38,037 nucleotides of DNA, taken from a virus. Lineage: Duplodnaviria; Caudoviricetes. Where the stretch lies: positions 1 to 38,037 of IMG/VR virus record IMGVR_UViG_3300025267_000047; one strand, 5' to 3'. Each line of letters opens with the position of its first letter. Positions within the stretch are counted from its first letter, which is position 1. Positions 10,575 to 19,337 of the stretch are shown here, piece by piece. The notes below the pieces were generated by a model. That model made no database searches. It saw only the letters and a list, made by a program, of their open reading frames with translations, and was not told where the DNA came from. Both the position numbers and the translations under genes were made by a program.

Positions 10575-10602
10575 TATGGTACTCATACCATAGGAGATTT
10601 AC

Positions 10603-10989
10603 ATGGCTGTTACATTAATATATACAAATTCTGAGAATATACCGTTAGCCAAAAATATTGTGGCGGTGGCATTACCCTCTTTTAAGGTTCTAACGAGGGA
10701 TAAGGACTCAGATATTCCTGACCATCTTGGGGGTTTTCCTGATCGTTGGAAAGCCAACAACAATAATTATCGTAGTCGCATTGCTGAAGACAGTGTTAAA
10801 TTCTTCGAAGATAACTTTACCAATGGTGAATTATCTGCCCCTGAAGCGGGTGACAGTGAAATGCCAGTAAGTGCTTTCTATTGGGAGATACTTAGGTTGT
10901 ATGACACTCAAGTAATGTCGAGTGGGATTTTCTCTGATGATGAAGCCCGTGAGATTCTTCAGGAAGGAGGATGGTTTAATGAAAATTAG
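10603..10989 (+). CDS. small acidic hypothetical protein, candidate immunity protein
   Basis: 128 aa, own promoter and RBS, directly after the kinase gene; role inferred from position only. Confidence 0.7.
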   Translation: MAVTLIYTNSENIPLAKNIVAVALPSFKVLTRDKDSDIPDHLGGFPDRWKANNNNYRSRIAEDSVKFFEDNFTNGELSAPEAGDSEMPVSAFYWEILRLYDTQVMSSGIFSDDEAREILQEGGWFNEN

Positions 10990-11407
10990 AGAGCTTTTCT
11001 GGAAACAGAAAGAAAATGAAGCCTCAGATACGAAGGACGAACAAGAAGAGGAAGAAAAGGACGAGAAGAAAAATCCTGAGATTTGGTGGATTTATGATGG
11101 AAGGGGTGTTTGTCTAGGTAATGTCGCCCTAGATGCCACTGGTTCCTATAGTGCTCAAATCTCGAAAGACGACAATAATCCATTTTTTGATGAATTAATT
11201 CATATTACTGGTCCTTTAGGTCACGGTGGTGACGAGTTCAAACATAGTGTAGTCATCACTGATGTTGATTTGGATGAGGTTACAGAAGCATATAATAATG
11301 CTGGCTTTGCGGTGGTTGGGGCCAGTGATACAGACCATGAAGAACTTCTTCGTGAATTAGATAAACTTCAGACCGTTAAAGGTGGGGAGAGTAAAAAATA
11401 TAAATGA
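10979..11407 (+). CDS. acidic hypothetical protein
   Basis: ORF 10922..11407; ATG 10979 preferred because AGGAGG lies upstream. Confidence 0.7.
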   Translation: MKIRELFWKQKENEASDTKDEQEEEEKDEKKNPEIWWIYDGRGVCLGNVALDATGSYSAQISKDDNNPFFDELIHITGPLGHGGDEFKHSVVITDVDLDEVTEAYNNAGFAVVGASDTDHEELLRELDKLQTVKGGESKKYK

Positions 11408-11571
11408 TCTCTAAATTAGCAGATAAAATTAGACCCCAAGCATTGACTGCTGTGGTAATTTTAGGTCTTATAGCTGGCTATGGAATGTTTATGGGCCAAA
11501 GTGAAATCGCTGCAGGTGCAACTGGTGGCGTTGTTGCTTTGGTCAAAGATATTATTCAAACTGAGAAGTAA
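11404..11571 (+). CDS. 55-aa two-TM membrane peptide, holin-like (absent from ORF track)
   Basis: MISKLADKIRPQALTAVVILGLIAGYGMFMGQSEIAAGATGGVVALVKDIIQTEK; ATGA and TAATG overlaps with both neighbours. Confidence 0.7.
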   Translation: MISKLADKIRPQALTAVVILGLIAGYGMFMGQSEIAAGATGGVVALVKDIIQTEK

Positions 11572-13109
11572 TGACAGAACTGTCTAACGCAGATAAACTT
11601 TTATTGCGACTGGACTATACACTTGCAAAGCAAGCTGTGGCTGAATATCGTCAGGCTCAGACTGAGAGGTCTGACCCGGCCGCTGACCCCCGTGCAGAGC
11701 AATTTGAGCAAGAGGGAAAACCTCGTTCAGAAGAAGCCAAAGAAGACCCTACTGGAAAGGTTCGTACTAAGATCTATGAATTAGTACACCGGGGCGGTAG
11801 GACTTTTGAACGTGCTAGAACTGCATGGGTTAATCCAAAGGTTGCTGAACAGTTAGAACAGCGAAAACGTGCGTCCGATTGGATTCGAATGTTGGGTAAT
11901 TACCTACCTATTTATTTTGTAGGTGGATATGTTCGAGATAAATTCTTTAAAAAGGTATCTAAAGACATTGATTTAGTTGCTTTAGTTTCTCTTGAAGAAG
12001 CTAAAGAAGTTTTGAAACAGATAAATATCGAGTTTACAGAGAGACAGAATTCTCATTCAAGACTACAGTTCGAAGTTGGCGGGATGAAAGTTGATTTAAT
12101 TTCAACTACTCCTGATGATTTACTTAATAATCTTCGAAGTAGGGATTTTACAATTAATGCTGTTGCTCAATCTGTTACAGGTCAATTTTATGATCCAACT
12201 AGAGGCATGGAAGATATCAAATTAAAGTGGCTACGGTCCCCCAATAACGATAGTGTTAAATCTTTCAAAGAAGATCCGGCTAGAATCTTGCGTGGTGCTA
12301 GATTCCTAGCCGATTTTCCTATTAAAACCCATCCATCTGTTTTGAAAGGTTTAAAGGCTAACTCTGAGGCATTATCGGGGCTTAAGAAGCGTCGTATTGG
12401 ATTTGAACTTGTTAAGATAATGCAGACTGAAAAGTCTTGGCTTGGGTTACAATTTTTAGCGGATAATGATCAGCTTAAATTTATCTCAAAAGATTTAGTT
12501 GCGATGGAAGAAACCAAGCAACGGGGCAAGAATCACAAACAGACTAATGTTTGGAAACATACGATTACAGCTCTTAAAAATGCCGCTAGTACTGATGCGA
12601 TTGTAAATCTAGCTATTTTATTCCATGATATTGGAAAAAATAAGACTGGAACTGACAATAATACCCATTTCCCCGGTCATGATAAAACGGGCGCCCAAAT
12701 GACAACGAGTATCCTAACCGAATTGGGTGTACCTAAAGATACTGTTAACCGTGTGGCTAATATAGTTGAAAATCATCTCTTTATGAGTAAGGTTGGACCA
12801 AAGGGAGATGAGGCTGAATATAAGAAATTAGCCGTAACCTTAAAAGGTGATATAGAACGATTCTTCAAAGTTTCAGAGGCGGATGCTAAGGATCACAAAG
12901 AATACGACCCTAAATGGCTTGAAGTTGCAAAGAAACGAATGAATAAGATTAAATCTTCTAAGCCTGACACGGCTGGTGAAGAGGACACAGATGAATTGAA
13001 GAAATCACAGCAGTATTTAGTGGATGAATCTATTGAAATACTTCTTTCACATGAGTCTGGATTAGTCTATGTTGATGAGATGTTAGATGTGGTGGGTATA
13101 AATGGCTAA
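11571..13109 (+). CDS. cca: class II tRNA nucleotidyltransferase (CCA/poly(A) polymerase family) with HD domain and ~100-aa N-terminal extension
   Basis: FVGGYVRD...KDIDL, RDFTINA, EDPARILRGARF, HD domain VWKHT...LFHDIGK...HFPGHD. Confidence 0.9.
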   Translation: MTELSNADKLLLRLDYTLAKQAVAEYRQAQTERSDPAADPRAEQFEQEGKPRSEEAKEDPTGKVRTKIYELVHRGGRTFERARTAWVNPKVAEQLEQRKRASDWIRMLGNYLPIYFVGGYVRDKFFKKVSKDIDLVALVSLEEAKEVLKQINIEFTERQNSHSRLQFEVGGMKVDLISTTPDDLLNNLRSRDFTINAVAQSVTGQFYDPTRGMEDIKLKWLRSPNNDSVKSFKEDPARILRGARFLADFPIKTHPSVLKGLKANSEALSGLKKRRIGFELVKIMQTEKSWLGLQFLADNDQLKFISKDLVAMEETKQRGKNHKQTNVWKHTITALKNAASTDAIVNLAILFHDIGKNKTGTDNNTHFPGHDKTGAQMTTSILTELGVPKDTVNRVANIVENHLFMSKVGPKGDEAEYKKLAVTLKGDIERFFKVSEADAKDHKEYDPKWLEVAKKRMNKIKSSKPDTAGEEDTDELKKSQQYLVDESIEILLSHESGLVYVDEMLDVVGING

Positions 13110-13485
13110 AACCGGACGACCTAAGTTGTTGCAAAAAGACGGTCATCATAGACATGATGGCTATACTCGTTGGCATTCTGTCGATCAGTCTCATCATCCC
13201 GATTTACATGACTATTTATATAAATCTGAGGAAGAAATTGAGCCTGTTCTTACGGGAATGGAACCTGGTCCGGCCTTAGATATTTATAATTTAATACTTG
13301 ATTTAGAGAAGATGGAGTATGGTAATTCTCTCCTCTTTGAACTTCAAAATTCAATACACGCTATTCTTGCAGCTAAAAAGATGCAACAAACTAAACGTCC
13401 TACTCAAGAAGTTCGGCATGAACAGTCAGCTATTGGTGCAGCGGATGCTGAAGATCGAGAACCTAACACGTATGGATTGCCATAA
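13102..13485 (+). CDS. hypothetical protein with His-rich N-terminus
   Basis: 127 aa; HHRHDGYTRWHSVDQSHH; overlaps both neighbours. Confidence 0.65.
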   Translation: MAKTGRPKLLQKDGHHRHDGYTRWHSVDQSHHPDLHDYLYKSEEEIEPVLTGMEPGPALDIYNLILDLEKMEYGNSLLFELQNSIHAILAAKKMQQTKRPTQEVRHEQSAIGAADAEDREPNTYGLP

Positions 13486-14744
13486 TGAATAAATCTTTTG
13501 TTAAACAACTGATTGATATTGTCCTTCTATTAAAGGATGAGGTTGGTGGTGGAATGCATCCTGGCGGTGGTTCTGTTCAACCTCCATCCAAACCACCTAC
13601 ACATCCAACTACACCAAGAATGCATCCTGGTGGCGGAGGATATGCGTCTCGTGAGAAACGTCAATATGATCCTAAAGGTCCCCATGAAGGGCCACGTAAG
13701 GGTCATTATTACAAACCTGGTGAACGTGAAGTTGGTGGTGTACAGGTAGAAATGGTTCAAGCTCCTGAAGCTAAGAAACCTGGTTCAGATGACCCCCTAG
13801 ATGCGGCAATTAAGCGAATAAACGAACATGAATCACAGCAACGGGAGCAACGTAATAGTCCTCCGCCGATAGTACGTAGGCGCAAAGCTGGTAAATTAGG
13901 TTCTACAGACTTAAAAAAACATCAATTAGATGTATCTATGATGTTAGATCCCTCCTCCCTCTCTGAGGGTGATCGAAGACGTACCAGAGCTGGTATGTTA
14001 GTGGACGATCAAGGTAAGAAATTGGAGCGTACTACAAATGCTACTAGTCTTGTTCGAGATGCATTAAAAAAATTGTGGAAGGATGAAGGCAGTCTTTTAT
14101 TTGCTTCTCGTTTGGATGAAAAAGGTTATCCAATGCTGGCGGTTAACATATCAACCAACGATTTGGTAGAAGCAGGGGAAGTTAAAGATCAAAATACTTT
14201 AGATTCATTCTTAGACAAAATAGCAGAACTTACATCTGGAGAGTATCAGGGGAAGTACGCTGGAAGACATTTATTCAAACCTCTTACTAAAAAACAGCAG
14301 GAGGCTTTTGGATACATGGGCTATAATCCCGATCTCTATAGTTTTTCTTTCCGGGGCAGAGAATTAAATGAAAATAAAGATTTAATGGATGATCAGGATC
14401 AATCGAATAATGTTGGGGGCAATAGATTTAGGATAACAATAGATAAAAACGATCTTGTTAAAAAGAGAGCTCCTAAATCTATAGAAATTAATATAGGTTT
14501 TGCTCCAAGAGATAGAGGAACAAAAGAAATACAGAGACTAGAGTGGGAATTTGATGGTGTCCCCCATGAAGAGGCAAGTAAACGAGAGTTAGCGGCTAAT
14601 ATAAATTCGGGTCTGTTCCCAGAGTCGATGCAGGGTAGAATGAAAGAAAGACTTAAACAGCTTACTGATCGCGCAATGAAAGCTGGAGGCGACTGGGGAG
14701 TCGATTGGTACGAAGGCGAGGATGGTCGCTTAGAACAACGGTAA
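13485..14744 (+). CDS. hypothetical protein, putative virion-associated
   Basis: 419 aa; duplicated MHPGGG and a GPRKGHYY motif in a disordered N-terminus. Confidence 0.7.
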   Translation: MNKSFVKQLIDIVLLLKDEVGGGMHPGGGSVQPPSKPPTHPTTPRMHPGGGGYASREKRQYDPKGPHEGPRKGHYYKPGEREVGGVQVEMVQAPEAKKPGSDDPLDAAIKRINEHESQQREQRNSPPPIVRRRKAGKLGSTDLKKHQLDVSMMLDPSSLSEGDRRRTRAGMLVDDQGKKLERTTNATSLVRDALKKLWKDEGSLLFASRLDEKGYPMLAVNISTNDLVEAGEVKDQNTLDSFLDKIAELTSGEYQGKYAGRHLFKPLTKKQQEAFGYMGYNPDLYSFSFRGRELNENKDLMDDQDQSNNVGGNRFRITIDKNDLVKKRAPKSIEINIGFAPRDRGTKEIQRLEWEFDGVPHEEASKRELAANINSGLFPESMQGRMKERLKQLTDRAMKAGGDWGVDWYEGEDGRLEQR

Positions 14745-14771
14745 TTATCGTTTAGGATCTAGGAGGGCGAC

Positions 14772-15224
14772 ATGAATAAGATTAATCTAATTGCTACTAT
14801 AGTTCCTCTTTTAATTGTTGCTATTGGTCTTATTGGATGGGTAACTACTTTACGTGGTGATTTGAATGTTGCCCAAACACAGGTTTCAGATCTTAAAGCC
14901 CAAGTTGCATTGATACAAGGGGAGTCCAAAGAGGGCGCGATAGCAATCAGTAATCTCCATGACCTTATAAAAGATTTCGATGAAATCGAAGAAGTTATCG
15001 ATAGAGTGGATGTCGCACTATTTAGACTGGATGCAATAGAGCGAGAGGCTCAAACGAATGCCCCCGCAATTGCTGAATTGGAGAAGAATTTAGCTGTTGC
15101 TAATGACCAAATGAGAACGATTATGGCAGATCACAATGGATTTGCTGACGTACTAGATGATTTAGGTAAGGCGGGAGTGTTGCCTAGTGGGGAACGTCGG
15201 GCTTACGGAGGTTACGGAAACTAG
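14772..15224 (+). CDS. N-terminally membrane-anchored coiled-coil protein
   Basis: AGGAGG RBS; hydrophobic residues 4-25 followed by heptad-like helix. Confidence 0.7.
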   Translation: MNKINLIATIVPLLIVAIGLIGWVTTLRGDLNVAQTQVSDLKAQVALIQGESKEGAIAISNLHDLIKDFDEIEEVIDRVDVALFRLDAIEREAQTNAPAIAELEKNLAVANDQMRTIMADHNGFADVLDDLGKAGVLPSGERRAYGGYGN

Positions 15225-15250
15225 GAAAGGGAATACAGGAAAGGAAAGGT

Positions 15251-15382
15251 ATGATAAAGAGTAGACGGGGAATAAGAAAATCTATAAAATGTTTGTTAGG
15301 TAAGCACCAATGGCAAAAATATGGATCTAATGAATGGTTTACATGTCTTTGGTGTCCTAAAAAGGTGAAGGAAGTTTCATAG
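15251..15382 (+). CDS. 43-aa zinc-finger peptide, DUF1660-like (absent from ORF track)
   Basis: MIKSRRGIRKSIKCLLGKHQWQKYGSNEWFTCLWCPKKVKEVS; C...HxW...CxxC; purine-rich RBS. Confidence 0.55.
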   Translation: MIKSRRGIRKSIKCLLGKHQWQKYGSNEWFTCLWCPKKVKEVS

Positions 15383-15394
15383 GAGAAGGTACAA

Positions 15395-15892
15395 ATGGTT
15401 AATGAGTTTTCTGGTTCCACAGGAGAAGGTAAGGATTTTGTTCAAGGGTTTGAAGAGGTAAATCAAACTACTCCTTCGAAACGAGGCCGGGGCCGTCCCG
15501 CAGGTTCCTTGAATAAATCAAATGGTACAAAAGAGTTACAAGCTGAAATAGATGAACTTCGAAGTACTGTGAATTCTCTTAAAGATACGATTGAACGGAT
15601 GCAGACAAATGCTGCAGTAGCAACTATTCCGGCATCAGTTTCAACGACAAACTCTCTTCAAGGGGAGGAGTCACAAAGATTAACAGTAGTTCAAGCTTGG
15701 GTTGAAGCGTTCCATCATTATCTAAATACTGGGCGAATCACTAACTCTGTAGATGGTACAGCGGAAGCAGCTTTAGAAGCGATAATGCGGAAACTTCCTG
15801 AGAATCCATCTGTAGATGAGTATCAGCCCTTGGAAGAAAATGTAACATCAGAAAGGTATTACAGCATCCAACATGGTGGTGATGCCTCCTAA
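15395..15892 (+). CDS. AT-hook plus coiled-coil protein
   Basis: KRGRGRPAGS followed by LQAEIDELRSTVNSLKDTIERM; AGGAG RBS. Confidence 0.7.
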   Translation: MVNEFSGSTGEGKDFVQGFEEVNQTTPSKRGRGRPAGSLNKSNGTKELQAEIDELRSTVNSLKDTIERMQTNAAVATIPASVSTTNSLQGEESQRLTVVQAWVEAFHHYLNTGRITNSVDGTAEAALEAIMRKLPENPSVDEYQPLEENVTSERYYSIQHGGDAS

Positions 15893-16334
15893 TAAGGTAA
15901 GGACTCGTCGTCCACGTAAAAGGGATCAGCATGGTCCGACGAGAAATCCCCGTACTATTTCAAAATCTGCAGCATTTTGGGATAGACTGGCAAGACAGGA
16001 GCCGAATAACGCCGAAATGACGTTATTCGGCCTTATGTGTTATTTGGGGATGCCGTATAGATATACGGGAAACGGTCAATTTTTATTGATGGGACGCTGT
16101 CCCGATTTTGTACATCTAACAGATCGTAAAATAATAGAGTTATATGGGGAACGATGGCATAGCCCAGAGGAAGAACAACAAAGAATAGATTTATTTGCCA
16201 GAAGTGACTATCATGTTCTAGTCGTGTGGCAACGAGAGTTAAAACCAAAATCTGAAGATCGAAAAAGACTTTATCAACGTCTTCGAGATTTCGAGAAATT
16301 AGATGACATCAATAGGACGGTTCCCGCACATTGA
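15882..16334 (+). CDS. Vsr/DUF559-like endonuclease
   Basis: PNNAE...PDF...IIELYGERWH...VLVVWQRE pattern; start codon uncertain (15873 or 15882). Confidence 0.7.
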   Translation: MPPNKVRTRRPRKRDQHGPTRNPRTISKSAAFWDRLARQEPNNAEMTLFGLMCYLGMPYRYTGNGQFLLMGRCPDFVHLTDRKIIELYGERWHSPEEEQQRIDLFARSDYHVLVVWQRELKPKSEDRKRLYQRLRDFEKLDDINRTVPAH

Positions 16335-16500
16335 ATATCCATGTCCAAGATGCAATGGACCGATTGTGGTTGATGAAGATATATTACCTGACAATACTTA
16401 CGAACTAGTATGCTTGCAATGTGCAAATAGAAATTTCCCGGCTGAGATGGAAATAGCGATTAATATGATTATTAAGCTAAATGGTTCGCACGGTAATTAA
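16303..16500 (+). CDS. zinc-ribbon protein
   Basis: CPRC...CLQC. Confidence 0.6.
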   Translation: MTSIGRFPHIEYPCPRCNGPIVVDEDILPDNTYELVCLQCANRNFPAEMEIAINMIIKLNGSHGN

Positions 16501-16908
16501 ATGTTTGCTGAGTGGGCACCAATTGTTGGAATCGTGACAGGTGGTCTTGCGGCCGCTGGGACTATATATGGTTTTGGTTTTAAATTCTCTAAGCTAGAAA
16601 CCCGTGTTAATTTGATTTGGACTGTTTTTGTTGAAGATGCACTTCGCAATCAGGTACGATCTGGGCTCTTAACTCATAGTTCTCCATATGCAAAGACGGA
16701 ATATGGAGAGAGTTTGGGAGAAGTGGTTTCACCTGAGATCAATCAGAAGATCAGTAAACGATCCTTTAAGACTGATCATGAACTAGCAACTGCTTTAATC
16801 AAAGAAATTGGATTAAATACGATAATAAATAAAAGCCAAGATATGAATATCACAGTTCAAGAATTTTTGGCTTTAGGTGTTTGTACTCTTAAGAACGATG
16901 GTGTTTGA
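16501..16908 (+). CDS. membrane-anchored hypothetical protein
   Basis: Hydrophobic N-terminal helix followed by KLETRV. Confidence 0.65.
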   Translation: MFAEWAPIVGIVTGGLAAAGTIYGFGFKFSKLETRVNLIWTVFVEDALRNQVRSGLLTHSSPYAKTEYGESLGEVVSPEINQKISKRSFKTDHELATALIKEIGLNTIINKSQDMNITVQEFLALGVCTLKNDGV

Positions 16909-17125
16909 CGATTCTGAAGTGGCAATGCAGGGATTTGTCTTAGATTGTGCTATTTGCCATCGAATGCTGGTATATCCAATCCACCATGAAGAACATTTAA
17001 ATGATTGGAACCATCATGGAAGACTTTGTTTAAAATGTATAATCCGGCTTAAATATCCTGAGGAACATTTAGAGGGATATATCATCGAATCTCAAAAGTT
17101 TGCGGAACTCTTTAATATTATTTAG
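16898..17125 (+). CDS. small CxxC protein, last gene of the + strand block
   Basis: CAIC...CLKC; its stop overlaps the convergent helicase stop. Confidence 0.5.
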   Translation: MVFDDSEVAMQGFVLDCAICHRMLVYPIHHEEHLNDWNHHGRLCLKCIIRLKYPEEHLEGYIIESQKFAELFNII

Positions 17126-18794
17126 AGAATTCTCCTAATAGTTCGTTGATTATGCTCTCCCCACGATCCCGTTGACGTTCTCCGTCTAATACGGCTGCCA
17201 ACACATCACGCTTATATTCCACTAGCTTTGCCATTTTGGCATCTATGCTGTTCTCTATCTGCATGTAGTGGATGAAGACCCCCCGATTTTGCCCAATCCG
17301 ATGTATTCGATCCTCCATTTGCTCTTCCATGCCTGGGGTCCATTGACGTTCCACAAATAAAGCATTGCTAGCGGCTGTGAGTGTGACTCCCATCCCCATC
17401 GCTGTGGATGCCAGAAAGACCATGCAATTCTCATCTTCTTGAAATTGATCGACCAAGGCTTGGCGATCTTGGTTGGGAGTGCGACCATCTACTGTCACAT
17501 GACCAATTTTCTTTTTAGTGAGATATGCATTTATTGTATCCATCACATCATGGTGATGCCCGAATACAACTAGTTTTTCCCCCGAATCAACAAAATTAGT
17601 AATGATTTCCTCGGCCGCATCAGCCTTAGCCAATCCCACTAAATGTCGTAAGAAGTTTAATTTCGAGAGAAGCCACATCCGTTTGTCCTCATATTCTTGA
17701 GAGACTTCGGCTTCTTCATCCGCAGATAAACTTTTTAAGCTTTGCACTAGATCTAATTCCGCTGCACGATAGTTTTGGAAATAGCTTCCGGGCATGTCGA
17801 TGTAGATATTTTGACGGCTCTTTTCAGGGAGTTCAGTCAGTACTTCATCTTTTCTCCGTCTAATCATCAAAGGATGTATCAATTGACGGAGCTCACTTAC
17901 ACGACTAGCACCTTTAAAGGTGTACCCGAATCCATTGTGATAGCCATTACAATATCTCATTCCAAACTGAAATTGGGAAGAGAATTGCTTTGGACTAATC
18001 ATATTTAAAAACGTATAGAATTCGATGGGACGATTTAGGATTGGAGTACCTGAAAGTCCAATAGTGAATTCAGCGGCTTTTCCAAGTTTTCGAGCTGCTT
18101 TAGTCCGTTTGGCAGACCGTTCTTTGAGGTAGGTTATCTCATCAAATATTACAATTTGAAATTTCCGCGCTAATAGTTGTTTCTCAATCTTGGCTCTCCA
18201 TATCAAATCATAGTTAATGATAACTACATCGGCATCCGAATCGACTAGATCCTTACCTTGATCAATGATTTGAATGGAAGTACCAGGAAGCCATTTCTCA
18301 ACTTCTCGATACCAGTTCCTTTTAAGTGATGCAAGTGTCACTACCAAGATTGGGCTAACTTGTGGATGTAAGGAACAGAAGGCTAAAGCTTCAATGGTCT
18401 TTCCTAACCCCGGTTGGTCCCCTATTAACGCTCCTCTCGTCCCGATTCTGGCCTCTAAAAAGGCTACAGCGAGTTCTTGGTAGGGATAGAGAGGAAATGG
18501 CGTATTTAGACGCTCACGTACATCCTCAAGAAGTTTAAGACTATCCACCTCGACTAGATCTTCTTTAGCTGTAGCCGTAGACATATCTGTCAACGTTGGT
18601 TCGTCGGAGGTTAGCGTGAAATAATCACTGATCGTGTCAGCGATATTTGGATAATGAGGGCGAATCATCTCGGCTGCAGTAGGGAGGAACGCCTCTGGGA
18701 TATCCCACCCTCTATCATTCGGACGATACTTACGCCCTGGAATAGATTTAATTTCGTCGATTAATTCTTTATTGTAAGGGAATTGAACTAACAT
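17118..18794 (-). CDS. SNF2-family (HARP/SMARCAL1-like) helicase/annealing ATPase
   Basis: N-terminal HARP-like FPYNKELIDEIKSIPGRKY...W; DQPGLGKT, FDE, LSGTPILNRP, QMEDRIHRIGQ. Confidence 0.9.
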   Translation of the reverse strand: MLVQFPYNKELIDEIKSIPGRKYRPNDRGWDIPEAFLPTAAEMIRPHYPNIADTISDYFTLTSDEPTLTDMSTATAKEDLVEVDSLKLLEDVRERLNTPFPLYPYQELAVAFLEARIGTRGALIGDQPGLGKTIEALAFCSLHPQVSPILVVTLASLKRNWYREVEKWLPGTSIQIIDQGKDLVDSDADVVIINYDLIWRAKIEKQLLARKFQIVIFDEITYLKERSAKRTKAARKLGKAAEFTIGLSGTPILNRPIEFYTFLNMISPKQFSSQFQFGMRYCNGYHNGFGYTFKGASRVSELRQLIHPLMIRRRKDEVLTELPEKSRQNIYIDMPGSYFQNYRAAELDLVQSLKSLSADEEAEVSQEYEDKRMWLLSKLNFLRHLVGLAKADAAEEIITNFVDSGEKLVVFGHHHDVMDTINAYLTKKKIGHVTVDGRTPNQDRQALVDQFQEDENCMVFLASTAMGMGVTLTAASNALFVERQWTPGMEEQMEDRIHRIGQNRGVFIHYMQIENSIDAKMAKLVEYKRDVLAAVLDGERQRDRGESIINELLGEFSK

Positions 18795-18797
18795 AGC

Positions 18798-19274
18798 TTA
18801 CGGAACCTGAAATTTGATTTCCCAAGTCGCTGTACCGTGGACTAACCCACATTCTAAATCGGGAACTTGAGCATAGAGATATGGAAGTAACTTTTCATTG
18901 TTGTAATTAAGCATTGCCCGTATAGGCATTTGAGAAAAGGCAGTGTAGAATTTTGCAACAGCCTTTTCCATATCCTCAGGGAGTAATTCCATACTGGAGA
19001 TATTGGAATAGTTGATATACCCTTTCATACCAAAGATCGCTATTACTTCTTGAAACCCTCGAATGGGTTCAGGAACGTAATCGGCTTTGGGTACATTAAC
19101 ACTGCCTAAAGGACGGCCTCTCCCGCGTTTTGTAGGGGTTTTAACAGTGGTAGTGGGTTCTGCCACTGTTTCCTTGTTCTTGCTACCCGGTGGGCGCCCT
19201 CGATGGGCGGTAGTTACTTTAACTGGTTGAGTTTTTATTTTATTCTTAGAACCTTTGGGTCGTCCTCGTGGCAT
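18798..19274 (-). CDS. triple AT-hook DNA-binding protein
   Basis: PRGRPKGSKN, HRGRPPGSKN, RGRGRPLGS. Confidence 0.75.
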   Translation of the reverse strand: MPRGRPKGSKNKIKTQPVKVTTAHRGRPPGSKNKETVAEPTTTVKTPTKRGRGRPLGSVNVPKADYVPEPIRGFQEVIAIFGMKGYINYSNISSMELLPEDMEKAVAKFYTAFSQMPIRAMLNYNNEKLLPYLYAQVPDLECGLVHGTATWEIKFQVP

Positions 19275-19307
19275 GTGAAGTACCTTCTTTTGAAATTTGA
19301 TATTAAA

Positions 19308-19336
19308 AGTATAGCCGATATATAACCTTAAGTCAA
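19308..19336 (-). promoter_or_regulatory. sigma70-type promoter
   Basis: TTGACT-17-TATACT on the - strand. Confidence 0.8.
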
Positions 19337-19337
19337 A

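Noticed and set aside
3498-13760. Short alternative-frame and antisense ORFs inside the large + strand genes
   Set aside because: Fully nested, no motifs or RBS; treated as shadow ORFs. The same applies to + strand ORFs within the - strand block
15882-16334. Vsr-like nuclease as partner of the methyltransferases in an R-M or VSP system
   Set aside because: More than 10 kb away in a different transcription block; equally consistent with a free-standing endonuclease
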